DNA of 64,000 bases from Bifidobacterium breve (GCA_945862545.1 CAMAYS010000001.1:34394-98393), one strand, 5' to 3'. Shown: positions 25,741 through 35,261, counted from the stretch's first letter. Notes: generated by a model from the letters alone, not told the origin. Translations and numbers: made by a program.

Positions 25741-26663
25741 CGGAAGGCCGAACGCGGGCGTTGGACAAATTCGTAAGCAATGCTGTCTGGATCGCTAATG
25801 AAAGTGATCCACATATCTGGTACGGGCGTACCGCTTAACTCAACTTGCATGGGAGGGCGATCAAAAATGGCACCGTTTGAACACATTTCCTCATAAGTGG
25901 ATCGGGTGTCATCGACACCCAGTGCGACGCGAAAGATTCCTCGGTGGAAAGGTTCTTTGTAGTGCTTTCCATTTGCAGTCGGTTGTATCCATTGAACGAG
26001 TCGCAACTCAAAGGGCTCATCAGGGAGGCGAAGCCGAACGAACTCTCCCTCAACTGGTGTGGTGATGCCAAGGAATGCCCCGTCATTAATTGCACCCCGT
26101 GAAAGCACGACGAAGCCGAGATTCTCATAGAAAGGAAGAGAAGTCTCGATGTCAGTGATCGTGAGTCGAAGATGGTGCATTTGAGTGTCAGTAATCGGCA
26201 GTTTCTCATCCTCAACAATTTCAAGCGTCACATCATTGGGATCGATGACGGAAGCAACCTTGGTATCAAAGACTGAAGCAGAACGAGAAAGAACACGACA
26301 ACCGGCTGAGATCAGCGAGTTAAGAGCGGCCTCGATGTTTGGGACTGAAAGACCGAGTGATTTAATGCCGATACGAAAGGGGTCGGTTGATGGTTGACCG
26401 ACAGGGGCCGGGTCAAACCAACCTTGAATCTCAATTGCTGGACTGGTGCGTGGGCCTCGCTGGTCATAAACAAATGAACCTACTGATCGGACATCGCGGT
26501 CAATACCAAGAATCGCTCCGGAACTGTATTGGTCTGTGGTGCGCATGGTGTTCTTCATCTTGAAATTGTTGACAAAGAAGTCGGTCACAATACTGGCATC
26601 ATCGCAGCAGTAGCAAACATGAAGAAAACGTCGGGCGGGCAGTTCGGCCACAGAATCAGTCAA
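25737..26663 (-). CDS. two-module VOC (glyoxalase/bleomycin-resistance/extradiol-dioxygenase) superfamily protein
   Basis: 308-aa ORF. Two repeats of the beta-alpha-beta3 pattern (FLHVCYCCDD..., MHHLRLTITDIETSLPFYENLGF). TTG start preceded by GGAGGTG. Confidence 0.65.
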   Translation of the reverse strand: MTDSVAELPARRFLHVCYCCDDASIVTDFFVNNFKMKNTMRTTDQYSSGAILGIDRDVRSVGSFVYDQRGPRTSPAIEIQGWFDPAPVGQPSTDPFRIGIKSLGLSVPNIEAALNSLISAGCRVLSRSASVFDTKVASVIDPNDVTLEIVEDEKLPITDTQMHHLRLTITDIETSLPFYENLGFVVLSRGAINDGAFLGITTPVEGEFVRLRLPDEPFELRLVQWIQPTANGKHYKEPFHRGIFRVALGVDDTRSTYEEMCSNGAIFDRPPMQVELSGTPVPDMWITFISDPDSIAYEFVQRPRSAFR

Positions 26664-26704
26664 CAGACACCTCCAGAGTTTGGGTAATTTTGCAAAGTAT
26701 AACT

Positions 26705-26718
26705 TGACGAATAAGTCA
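26705..26718. promoter_or_regulatory. motif 1 dyad TGACGAATAAGTCA
   Basis: Perfect TGAC-N6-GTCA, 41 nt upstream of the TTG start 26663 of the VOC gene. Confidence 0.4.
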
Positions 26719-26880
26719 ACTCTGAAGTCCGGGGTTGATCTTGGTGTTCCACCCTTGGTGCTTCAGGTATTTTGCGTTCTTTGGAGGAAGAATTGGGTTT
26801 ATCCCATGAGGTAGCGGACACTGGTATTTGAGGAACCTTGGGTATTCCCTACTTGATACTCGGCGGTATAGAGTGCAAGT

Positions 26881-26894
26881 TGACGATTGTGTCA
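26881..26894. promoter_or_regulatory. motif 1 dyad TGACGATTGTGTCA
   Basis: Perfect TGAC-N6-GTCA, 39 nt upstream of ATG 26934 (crotonase/Rieske operon). Identical 14-mer to the one at 35220. Confidence 0.45.
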
Positions 26895-26933
26895 GGTGGA
26901 ACCCCCATCGGCACCCGAGAGATGGAGATCTGA

Positions 26934-27707
26934 ATGGCCTATGCACCGACGCCACATGTGATTGTTGAACGCGAGGGTCCTTTAGCGATCATCACCTTAA
27001 ACAACCCCGACATGATGAACGCCTTCCTGGACGATATGCACGAAGCGATGCGGGAGATCTGGTGGGACCTCGCGGAAGATGATTCGGTGCGCGCTGTGGT
27101 GCTTACCGGCGCGGGTAAAGCTTTCTCCGCCGGTGGAGATATCCCCAGTTTCATTAAAAGTTATGAGGATCCCGATTATCGTCGTCGCTCTCTACGTGGC
27201 GCAAAGCGCTTGATGGAAGCTCAAGCAGAATTTCCCAAGCCAGTAGTGGCAGCAGTTAACGGAGCCGCAGTTGGACTTGGATGCAACGTGGCTTTGTGCT
27301 GTGACATCGTATTTATGGCCGACACTGCTTTTCTAGCTGATACGCACGTCAGTATCGGCCTGGTCTGTGGTGACGGTGGTGCAGTCTTTTGGCCGCTACT
27401 TATGGGTCTTTTGAAGTGTAAGGAATATTTGTTGACTGGTGACCGCATCCCTGCTGCAAAAGCGCTCGAACTCGGACTAGCCAATCGTGTCGTTCCGAGA
27501 GATGAGTTGATGGATCAAGCAAAGGCGTTTGCGATGAAGTTGGCTGCCCAGCCCCATCAGGCAATTCAAGAAACTAAGCGCGCTCTCAACCTCCATTTGC
27601 AAGAAATGATTTTGCGGGTAGCCCCTTTTGCCCTCTCGGCCGAAGCTGAATCATTCGCAACTGCAGATATAAAAAAGACCATTGACGGTTTTAAGAATAA
27701 AAAGTAA
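26934..27707 (+). CDS. enoyl-CoA hydratase/isomerase family protein
   Basis: 257-aa ORF. AFSAGGDI and AAVNGAAVGLGCNVALCCDIVFMAD. Confidence 0.85.
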   Translation: MAYAPTPHVIVEREGPLAIITLNNPDMMNAFLDDMHEAMREIWWDLAEDDSVRAVVLTGAGKAFSAGGDIPSFIKSYEDPDYRRRSLRGAKRLMEAQAEFPKPVVAAVNGAAVGLGCNVALCCDIVFMADTAFLADTHVSIGLVCGDGGAVFWPLLMGLLKCKEYLLTGDRIPAAKALELGLANRVVPRDELMDQAKAFAMKLAAQPHQAIQETKRALNLHLQEMILRVAPFALSAEAESFATADIKKTIDGFKNKK

Positions 27708-27795
27708 AGAAATCTTGACTTAGTCGGTGGACTTTGTGATGCGCAATCGCGCGCTATTCCAACAAATTTTTGCAAATCAGAAGGTGGAAAACGAG

Positions 27796-28788
27796 ATGAA
27801 GGTTCCGTTTACTTGGAGACCAACGGGCTGGTTCATGGTGGCATGGAGCGCGGAAATTGCTCCTGGAGGTGTGAAGGCCCTGCAATATTTTGCTGGCCAT
27901 CAGGTGGCTTACCGGACGTTGGAAGGGGAGTTGCATATCCTTGACGCCCACTGTCCTCATCTTGGTGCTCATCTTGGTCATGGCGGCAAGGTGGTCGATG
28001 ACTGTATCCAGTGCCCATATCACGGATGGGGTTACGGACCTGATGGTGTGAATCGGTTCATTCCTTATGAAGATTCTCCAAATCTCTCGCACCGCTTACG
28101 CAAGTGGCATGTTGACGAGCGACATGAGTGTGTTTTTATGTGGCATGACCCAAAAGGCGGTGCACCGCGCTGGGAATTACCAGATATATGGAACGTTGTT
28201 GAGGGCACCGAGTCGGCGCCGGGGAAGAATTACCGGGCTTACCCTGAACTTTCAATTAAATATGAACGCGAGTTAGTTCATCCTCAAATCACTTTGGAGA
28301 ATGCTCCAGACAGTGTGCACTTCAAGTTCGTACATGGGGCAACGGTGACTCCGGTGTTGATGGAGTGGAAAATTGAAGGACCTTTATATATTGCCACGTC
28401 GGGTTGGCCGGTTATGGCGAAAGATGGAGAGCAGCGTCTGGCGTTGATTAACACATCAATATCTTGCGGAGTTGGTGGGGCAATGGCATTTATGCGCGGG
28501 GCTCATCCATATCGTCTTATCTTTTTCACAACACCGATTGATGATGAGTCATCGGCAATGTTCTATTCAATCTGGTGGCCCAAAATGGATGGTGATGAAA
28601 GTGAGATCCCACCGCAGAGCGTTCGTGACACTGTTCAGCGGGACTTTCTAACGACCCTTGAAGAAGATCTTGGGATCTGGAGGAATCAGGTGTATGTCGA
28701 GACCCCAGCGTTCGCTAAGCAGGATGCCAAACCATATGGTGCGATGCGCAAGTGGGCGAAACAGTTCTATGAAGTCGGTGAGAAGTGA
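27796..28788 (+). CDS. Rieske [2Fe-2S] non-heme-iron oxygenase, KshA-like terminal oxygenase component
   Basis: ORF track 27727..28788. I prefer ATG 27796 (AAGGTGGA upstream). Rieske motif CPHLGAHLGHGG...CPYHGW. Mononuclear-iron motif ENAPDSVHFKFVH (E-x3-D-x2-H-x4-H). Confidence 0.85.
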   Translation: MKVPFTWRPTGWFMVAWSAEIAPGGVKALQYFAGHQVAYRTLEGELHILDAHCPHLGAHLGHGGKVVDDCIQCPYHGWGYGPDGVNRFIPYEDSPNLSHRLRKWHVDERHECVFMWHDPKGGAPRWELPDIWNVVEGTESAPGKNYRAYPELSIKYERELVHPQITLENAPDSVHFKFVHGATVTPVLMEWKIEGPLYIATSGWPVMAKDGEQRLALINTSISCGVGGAMAFMRGAHPYRLIFFTTPIDDESSAMFYSIWWPKMDGDESEIPPQSVRDTVQRDFLTTLEEDLGIWRNQVYVETPAFAKQDAKPYGAMRKWAKQFYEVGEK

Positions 28789-29615
28789 CTCAATTAGAGG
28801 TCGACGACAGGTTTGAAGATGTACATCGATCGGGACTATTTGTTCACGAGATCAATCTTGGAGCTCCTGGGGCAAAAGTGATCCTTGTTCATGGTGCTCC
28901 AGATCGAAGCAAAAACTTCGCAAGAGTTTTAGATGAACTCGGTCTTGCATCTCCGGTCACTATTTATGATCGTCGTGGCTATGGGCGCTCAATGGATGCA
29001 GGTGCTTTGGGTGGAGGTTTCACCCAGCACGCTGAGGATTTGATTGACATTATTGATCAGCAACCAGCCATCGTCATTGGCCAAAGTGCTGGAGGAGCGA
29101 TTGCATTGCAAGCGTCAATTATGGCACCCGATAAATTTTTAGCGCTCGGGGTGTGGGAGCCGCCGATGGTGGCCCATGAATGGTGGGGGGGCCGTTCTGA
29201 ATGGCACCGCACTCAAGCCTGGGTGGCCTACAGCGACATGGAGCGCGTGGGTGAAGATATCAACCGTTCAATCATCGGCAATGAACGATGGGATTCACTG
29301 ACGGCAGAGACGAAGGATCTACTTCGTAGCGAGGGTCGAGCCTTTTGGGCAGATATGGAATCTCAAACGATCCCCTTGTTCAACCCAGAGCAAGTAACGG
29401 TTCCAGTGATCGTGGGCAAAGGGACTGTGCACAGTTTTGAGCACCTCGGTGTCGCTCATCGGCGATTGTCGGAACGATTGTCGGCTCCGTTATGGGTTGG
29501 CGAAGGAGCCTCGCACGCGGCGCATGTAACGCATGCTCCAATATGGGCTGACTTTACGCGTGAAGTCATTCATCTCGCAAGGTCGCAGAGTGGGGTGCAA
29601 GTTCGGTGGCGCTAG
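28785..29615 (+). CDS. alpha/beta-fold hydrolase
   Basis: 276-aa ORF. GTGA overlap with the Rieske gene. HGAPD oxyanion region and GQSAGG nucleophile elbow. Confidence 0.8.
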   Translation: MTQLEVDDRFEDVHRSGLFVHEINLGAPGAKVILVHGAPDRSKNFARVLDELGLASPVTIYDRRGYGRSMDAGALGGGFTQHAEDLIDIIDQQPAIVIGQSAGGAIALQASIMAPDKFLALGVWEPPMVAHEWWGGRSEWHRTQAWVAYSDMERVGEDINRSIIGNERWDSLTAETKDLLRSEGRAFWADMESQTIPLFNPEQVTVPVIVGKGTVHSFEHLGVAHRRLSERLSAPLWVGEGASHAAHVTHAPIWADFTREVIHLARSQSGVQVRWR

Positions 29616-29724
29616 GGGATGATGGACGCAGATTCTTTGAAAAGACACTTGTGGTAGGTGAAAGATGCGTGAGATGCTCTTACTACGCGAAGAGCTTTCA
29701 TGCTGGCGCTATGGGGGTACAAGA

Positions 29725-31998
29725 ATGTTAGAGCAAGCAATGTTGAGCGGTCTTCGCGTGCTAGATCTCGGTGGAAGCAAAGCTTCGGCGATTGCCACCA
29801 TGGTGTTGGCTGATGCCGGTGCCGATGTGGTGATGGTTGAACCAAACTCGGGTGACTCGGTGCGTGGTGAGCATGGCTTTATTACCTGGGGTCGCAACAA
29901 GCGCAGCATCAGAATCGATGTCATGTCTGCATCAGGTCGAGATGAACTGGACGAACTCTTGTCTCGAGTGGACATTTTGGTTCATTCATTAAATCCGACA
30001 ATCGCAAAAAGTTTGCGACTTGACGATGCCTCGCTCAGTGCACATCATCCCCATCTGATCGTCTCATCAATATTGGGTTGGCCCATCAATCATGATCAAG
30101 CCGATGCTCCTATCGACGATCACATCGTTTTGGCACGTCTCGGTGTACTTGACGAACAACTCGGTCGCCGTGAGGGCCCAATTTATGTTCGCTTTCCACT
30201 CGGTACGTGGTCAGCGGCGTGGTTAGCAGTGATTGGCATAATGGCGCGCGTCGTTTCACGCGATCGCGGTGGCGTAGTCGGGCCAGCGCATACAAGTTTA
30301 GCGCAGGGAGCTCTCGTGCCGATGATGATGCATTGGTCACGAGCTGAGACTCCTTCTCAAATGCTTGCAGTGGGCATGCCAAAAGATCGGATGAGAGCTT
30401 CACTCTTTGAATGTGCTGATGGTCGTTGGGTACATGTCATGCCCCCTGCCCCCGACAACACTCCGTTAATGCAAGAAGTATTTGCTGAGATGGGTCCAGC
30501 ACTTATGGCTGAAGCGAATGAACGACATAACGCCGGTGGTGTCCCTGGGTGGGTGAATTGGGGTGCGCTGATTGAAGCCTTTAAAAGACGCGACTCAAAT
30601 AGTTGGTTAGAGAATATGTGGGGTAACGATATTCCGGCACAGCCAGCCGTTGCTCTTGGAGAAATTCTTGACGATGAACAGGCGCTAGATAATGATTATG
30701 TCCTTGACGTCGCCGTACAAGGTTTGGGCCGTGTGCGAACTGCTGGTCTACCAATTACTCTTGATCCAGCGGCATCGGTACGTACTATGCCACCTGAACT
30801 CGGGGAACATGACGCCGAGCTGCGTGCGACTTGGCTAGCAGCGCCAGTCAAAAAAATTGATATGTCAAGAGCACGACGTTTGCGGCATCCGTTAGAGGGT
30901 TTGAAGGTCGTTGACTTCGGAAATTTCCTTGCTGGTCCGTTGGGTCCGATGTTGTTAGCTGACCTTGGAGCGACTGTGGTCAAGGTTGAGGCGCACACTG
31001 GTGATCCAATGCGGTTTGCGGATTGGCCATTCGCAGGATGCCAGCGTGGTAAGAGGGCGGTCGCCCTCGACATTAAGTCGCCGGACGCGAAACCGGCACT
31101 TGAGGCAATTTTGAAATGGGCCGATGTCGTGCATCACAATCTTCGACTACCTGCAGCTAGACGATTGGGGTTGGACGGCGATGCGGTTCGAGCAGTTAAT
31201 CCACAGGTAATTTTTTGTCATGTAAGTTCGTATGGACCCAAAGGTAAACGGGCTGACTGGCCTGGATATGACCAGCTTTTCCAGTCAAGTTGTGGTTGGG
31301 AAGTGGCAGGTGCTGGTCAGGACAATCCTCCGATGTGGCATCGCTTTGGCTTTATGGATCACCTATGTGCGATGGCATCAGCGGCTGGAACCTTGATGGC
31401 ATTACACCATCAACATCAGACTGGTCGCGCAACAAACGTTGCAACATCGTTGTTAGGTACGGGGGTGCTGACAAATAGTGAGACCTATGTGACTTCCGAC
31501 GGGACTCTCGCCTCGGTTCCGATTTTGGATTCCGAGCAAATGATGATTAGTCCGGGTCGACGTTTGCTGAAGATGGCTGATGGCTGGTTAGCTATGTCAG
31601 CGACGTGCGACGAACAGGTGGAGGCATTCTGTCAAATGACTGGCACGAGTGATGCCGATGCAGCAGCAGCAGAAATGAATACTCTGACAGCAGCTGATGG
31701 GCTCAGTCGTCTGCAAGCACTTGGTATCCCTGCAGAATCGGTTCGGCGCGGACAACAAGGACCCTTCTTCGATGACCCATCCCACCTAGCGGCTGGATTG
31801 GTGGCATCTTATGATCATCGTGATTGGGGACGACTCGAACAGCCAGGAGCTATGTGGTGTCTCGGTGAGCAATCAACTCGTCTAGAACTGGCACCTCCAG
31901 TTCTTGGTGAACACACGGTTGAGGTCTTACTGGAAGTTGGTCTAGGCCAAAATGAAGTTGACGCGTTAATTGCCTCTGGGGTCGCTGTGGCTCGTTGA
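29725..31998 (+). CDS. tandem-fused family III (CaiB/BaiF) CoA-transferase, two complete domains
   Basis: ORF track 29665..31998; likely start ATG 29725 or 29740. Domain 1 begins LSGLRVLDLGGSKASAIATMVLADAGADVVMVEP. Domain 2 begins LEGLKVVDFGNFLAGPLGPMLLADLGATVVKVEA. Confidence 0.8.
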   Translation: MLEQAMLSGLRVLDLGGSKASAIATMVLADAGADVVMVEPNSGDSVRGEHGFITWGRNKRSIRIDVMSASGRDELDELLSRVDILVHSLNPTIAKSLRLDDASLSAHHPHLIVSSILGWPINHDQADAPIDDHIVLARLGVLDEQLGRREGPIYVRFPLGTWSAAWLAVIGIMARVVSRDRGGVVGPAHTSLAQGALVPMMMHWSRAETPSQMLAVGMPKDRMRASLFECADGRWVHVMPPAPDNTPLMQEVFAEMGPALMAEANERHNAGGVPGWVNWGALIEAFKRRDSNSWLENMWGNDIPAQPAVALGEILDDEQALDNDYVLDVAVQGLGRVRTAGLPITLDPAASVRTMPPELGEHDAELRATWLAAPVKKIDMSRARRLRHPLEGLKVVDFGNFLAGPLGPMLLADLGATVVKVEAHTGDPMRFADWPFAGCQRGKRAVALDIKSPDAKPALEAILKWADVVHHNLRLPAARRLGLDGDAVRAVNPQVIFCHVSSYGPKGKRADWPGYDQLFQSSCGWEVAGAGQDNPPMWHRFGFMDHLCAMASAAGTLMALHHQHQTGRATNVATSLLGTGVLTNSETYVTSDGTLASVPILDSEQMMISPGRRLLKMADGWLAMSATCDEQVEAFCQMTGTSDADAAAAEMNTLTAADGLSRLQALGIPAESVRRGQQGPFFDDPSHLAAGLVASYDHRDWGRLEQPGAMWCLGEQSTRLELAPPVLGEHTVEVLLEVGLGQNEVDALIASGVAVAR

Positions 31999-32015
31999 GA
32001 GGGATGAGTTGGAAA

Positions 32016-34250
32016 TTATTTTGAGATAGTGGCGAAGAGTTCATCAGCACCTCGTTCAAAAACGATTCGCCCCAGGCGCCGCCGCCAACTTTGGGTGCCT
32101 CCGACCTCATGGCGCCATGACCACAAGCGACGCGTGAATTGGTGCAGTGAATACTCGCGTGTCACACCCATTGCGCCGTGGGCTTGATGAGCAGCACGTG
32201 TGCCGAGAGCGATTGCATCGTCAATCACGATCCGAGCGGCAGCGATTTCGATTTCAAATGAACCATCATTGAGCGAACCCAAGGCGACGTCCACGGCCAT
32301 TCTGGCTTGAACAGCCGATTGCGCGATGGTGACTAGATGATGTTGGACTGCTTGGAAACTGGCGACCGGCTTACCAAACTGGTGCCGGCTATGCGTGTAG
32401 TCGAGGGTCATTTGCAAGATTGTTTCTAAGGCGCCTGCTGACATAATGAGTCGAGCCAAGACCGCCCGTGCTTCTAATTCGGATAGGGCTTGTTCCAGTT
32501 CTGGTCCGCTAGGCAGGTGAACGGTGCGGATTGATGTGATCTCTGCATCAATACATACTGAGTCAAGAGCCTCGCCAGCGAGGTTGCTCCCTACGGTGGT
32601 GACAAAGTTTTCTGAATCAATCGCCAAGATGAGTAGCCCATTATCAGTGCGCAGATTAAGAACTAATGTCTCACAGTGGCGAGCCCAGGGAACCTGCGCA
32701 CTGACTTTGATACGACCGTTGCTGATCGACGCCGTGGTCTGTGCACTGTTGGTTGGAATCAAGGCCATCGGACCATGCGCTAATGGCAATCCAAAACGGG
32801 TCAACCACCATCCAGCGATAAATCCGGTTTCAGCGACTGGTACGGGTGCTGCACTGCGACCAAGAGCGAACAGGACAGCAGCCATGTCTTGTGTCGTTCC
32901 TCCGCTACCTCCATGAGACTCATCAATGCCGACCCAGGTGAAGCCAGAAGCGCACAGTGCATTCCAAATAGTCGATGACCAACCTGTTTGTTCAGCGTTT
33001 TCAATTTCTTGGTGTGTTGCTAACGAGGCCAGCAAGCGGTCCACAGTCTCAATAAGTATTGGATCAACTCCGGAGATCGGTCGTACGTCGCCGTGTTGCA
33101 ACCCTTTGGAAATAACGGAGCGGAGAATTTCGTTGGTGCCTCCGCGAATCGTGAATGATGGCTGGGTGAGAGCACTCGTGACTAACAGTTGGTTAAAGAT
33201 TGAAGAATCCGAGATATTGGGGACTTGATCTACATGAGACAAGACAGCAAGAACGACATCCTGCTCAAAATGCGTTCCGAGTTCTTTGACAAGCGAAGCT
33301 TCGAGAGCAGGAGCACCACCGTTATCAATGGAGCGGGCGACTGAAATTGAAAGGTGGTGAAGAATCCAATAGTGAGCCACACAACTTCCTAGTAGGTCAA
33401 GAAGTTCTGTCGGCACAGATTCTGAATCGAAGCGTTCTGTTTCTTGGCGAAGTAGTTCTTCAATCAGCAAATACGAACTGAGCCAACGATCTGGCCCGCC
33501 TCTTTCGTAAGCCAACTCTGAAGTGTTCTGACTCCAACCCTGACCAATTTCTCCTAAAACAAATTCGTCAGGGACAAAGACTGAGTCAAACACAACTTCA
33601 CAGAAATCAGCCGTGCCATCAATAAATGGGACTTGGCTAGTGGTGATTCCGGGGGATTTCAGGTCCACGATTAATTGCGACATTCCATTTCGCTTGTCGC
33701 TCACTTGATCGCTCGGTGTTGTGCGACACAGGACGATGATCCAGTCATTCTCATGAGCCGCGGTCGTCCAAATCTTGCGCCCCTCAAGTACCCAGCCTCC
33801 GTCGATTCGAGTGGCTTTGGTGGAAAGTGAGGCGAGGTCACTTCCACTTTCAGATTCGCTCATACCAATGCAAAAAGACAATTCACCACTGCAAATTCTT
33901 GGGAGAAATCGTCGTTTTTGCTCTTCGGTTCCGAATTTGTTGATGACTGGACCTGATTGACGATCGGCAACCCAATGATGTCCGATTGGGGCACCCCAGC
34001 GCAACAGTTCTTCAACAATGATGAATCGTTCAACGGCTGATCGATTATGGCCTCCGTAAGCGACGGGTAGACCCATTCCTAGCCACCCACGTTTGCCGAG
34101 TTCACGGGAGAAACCTGGATCTTTGATTGCATTCATGCCAAGCCCAGGCGTGAAACTATGTCGTGGCAATGCGCTGTTGAGAAATGATCGGATATCGTCG
34201 CGCAGTTCGCGTTCACCGAGAGTGAGATTGACTGCTTCAAAGTTCATCAT
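32016..34250 (-). CDS. fused double acyl-CoA dehydrogenase (alpha-like N-half + beta-like C-half)
   Basis: 744-aa ORF. The N-half has MSESESGSDLASL, GRKIWTT, GGTNEILRSVISKGL. The C-half has a second ACAD C-terminal helical domain (HSRHQFGKPVASFQAVQHHL..., GAMGVTREYSLHQFTRRLW). Confidence 0.8.
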   Translation of the reverse strand: MMNFEAVNLTLGERELRDDIRSFLNSALPRHSFTPGLGMNAIKDPGFSRELGKRGWLGMGLPVAYGGHNRSAVERFIIVEELLRWGAPIGHHWVADRQSGPVINKFGTEEQKRRFLPRICSGELSFCIGMSESESGSDLASLSTKATRIDGGWVLEGRKIWTTAAHENDWIIVLCRTTPSDQVSDKRNGMSQLIVDLKSPGITTSQVPFIDGTADFCEVVFDSVFVPDEFVLGEIGQGWSQNTSELAYERGGPDRWLSSYLLIEELLRQETERFDSESVPTELLDLLGSCVAHYWILHHLSISVARSIDNGGAPALEASLVKELGTHFEQDVVLAVLSHVDQVPNISDSSIFNQLLVTSALTQPSFTIRGGTNEILRSVISKGLQHGDVRPISGVDPILIETVDRLLASLATHQEIENAEQTGWSSTIWNALCASGFTWVGIDESHGGSGGTTQDMAAVLFALGRSAAPVPVAETGFIAGWWLTRFGLPLAHGPMALIPTNSAQTTASISNGRIKVSAQVPWARHCETLVLNLRTDNGLLILAIDSENFVTTVGSNLAGEALDSVCIDAEITSIRTVHLPSGPELEQALSELEARAVLARLIMSAGALETILQMTLDYTHSRHQFGKPVASFQAVQHHLVTIAQSAVQARMAVDVALGSLNDGSFEIEIAAARIVIDDAIALGTRAAHQAHGAMGVTREYSLHQFTRRLWSWRHEVGGTQSWRRRLGRIVFERGADELFATISK

Positions 34251-34275
34251 CTCATGTGCGCGATCACTCTTGATG

Positions 34276-35175
34276 TCAGCTGACTTCGGACATCTTGGTA
34301 CGCGGTTTTGCTTGGGCTAACAAAGAACGAATCACACCATCAATCTCCAGTGGGTCAAGTGGCGGATCTGTGATATGCGGTCCGCGTGTCCAGCCTTGAG
34401 CGATTCCGAGTAGTTGTCCGGAGGATTCAATGACTTGACCAGTGACATCAGATGACTGAGACGAGGCCAGCCAAGCGATGACTGGGGCGACCCACTCGGG
34501 TCCAAAGCGCTCAAGCATTTCTGACGGGAGTGCTAAGTCTTCAGTGAGGCGGGTGAGTGCACCTGGAGCGACAGCATTGCAAGTCACGCCGTAACGGACT
34601 AATTCTTCGGCAGCGATCAGAGTGAAAGTCGCGATGCCAGCTTTAGCGGCCCCGTAGTTGCTTTGCCCTGGATTGCCGTACAGACCCGAGACTGACGTTG
34701 TGTTGATGATTCTGGCATCGTTCTTGAGACCCTCTTTGGAGCGATTGCGCCAATACTCCGATGCCACTCGACTAGATGCCCATGTGCCCTTAAGGTGCAC
34801 CTTGATGACCATATCCCACTCTTCTTCGCTCATTGAGAACAACATCCGATCGCGCAAGATACCAGCGTTGTTCACCACGACATCAAGACCACCGAATGTG
34901 GAAATGGCTAATTCGACCATGGCCGTGGCATCGGCGAGAGAACTGGCATCACCTAAGTGCGCTACAGCCTGACCACCACTCGCAGTTATCTCGTCAACGA
35001 CGTCTTGGGCGGGGTTGCTTCCATGTGTCGCTGTGCCGTCGCGGGCTCCACCAAAATCGTTGACAACGACTTGGGCTCCCTGATTGGCGAGCAGTCGAGC
35101 ATATTCACGCCCGATACCACGCCCAGCACCCGTGATAGCAACTATTCGTCCTTGGCATATTTTGTTATTTGTCAT
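34276..35175 (-). CDS. SDR, MFE-2/Hsd4A-type (3R)-hydroxyacyl-CoA dehydrogenase-like
   Basis: 299-aa ORF. ITGAGRGIGREYA, VVVNDFGGARDG, NNAGILRD, YGAAKAG. Confidence 0.8.
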   Translation of the reverse strand: MTNNKICQGRIVAITGAGRGIGREYARLLANQGAQVVVNDFGGARDGTATHGSNPAQDVVDEITASGGQAVAHLGDASSLADATAMVELAISTFGGLDVVVNNAGILRDRMLFSMSEEEWDMVIKVHLKGTWASSRVASEYWRNRSKEGLKNDARIINTTSVSGLYGNPGQSNYGAAKAGIATFTLIAAEELVRYGVTCNAVAPGALTRLTEDLALPSEMLERFGPEWVAPVIAWLASSQSSDVTGQVIESSGQLLGIAQGWTRGPHITDPPLDPLEIDGVIRSLLAQAKPRTKMSEVS

Positions 35176-35219
35176 GATCCGACCCTATTCGCCAACAGCG
35201 CTCATTTTGAAGCCGAACA

Positions 35220-35233
35220 TGACGATTGTGTCA
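35220..35233. promoter_or_regulatory. motif 1 dyad TGACGATTGTGTCA
   Basis: Identical 14-mer to 26881, 44 nt upstream of ATG 35175 (MFE-2-type SDR). Confidence 0.45.
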
Positions 35234-35261
35234 AGTCCAGCGCAATGGTTCAGTCAGTTGG

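Noticed and set aside
26716-26955. 79-aa minus-strand ORF filling the 270-bp intergenic region
   Set aside because: No ribosome-binding site, odd composition (Cys/Pro/Arg/Trp-rich), and it overlaps the start of the plus-strand crotonase gene. Treated as non-coding control DNA, although a small RNA cannot be excluded.
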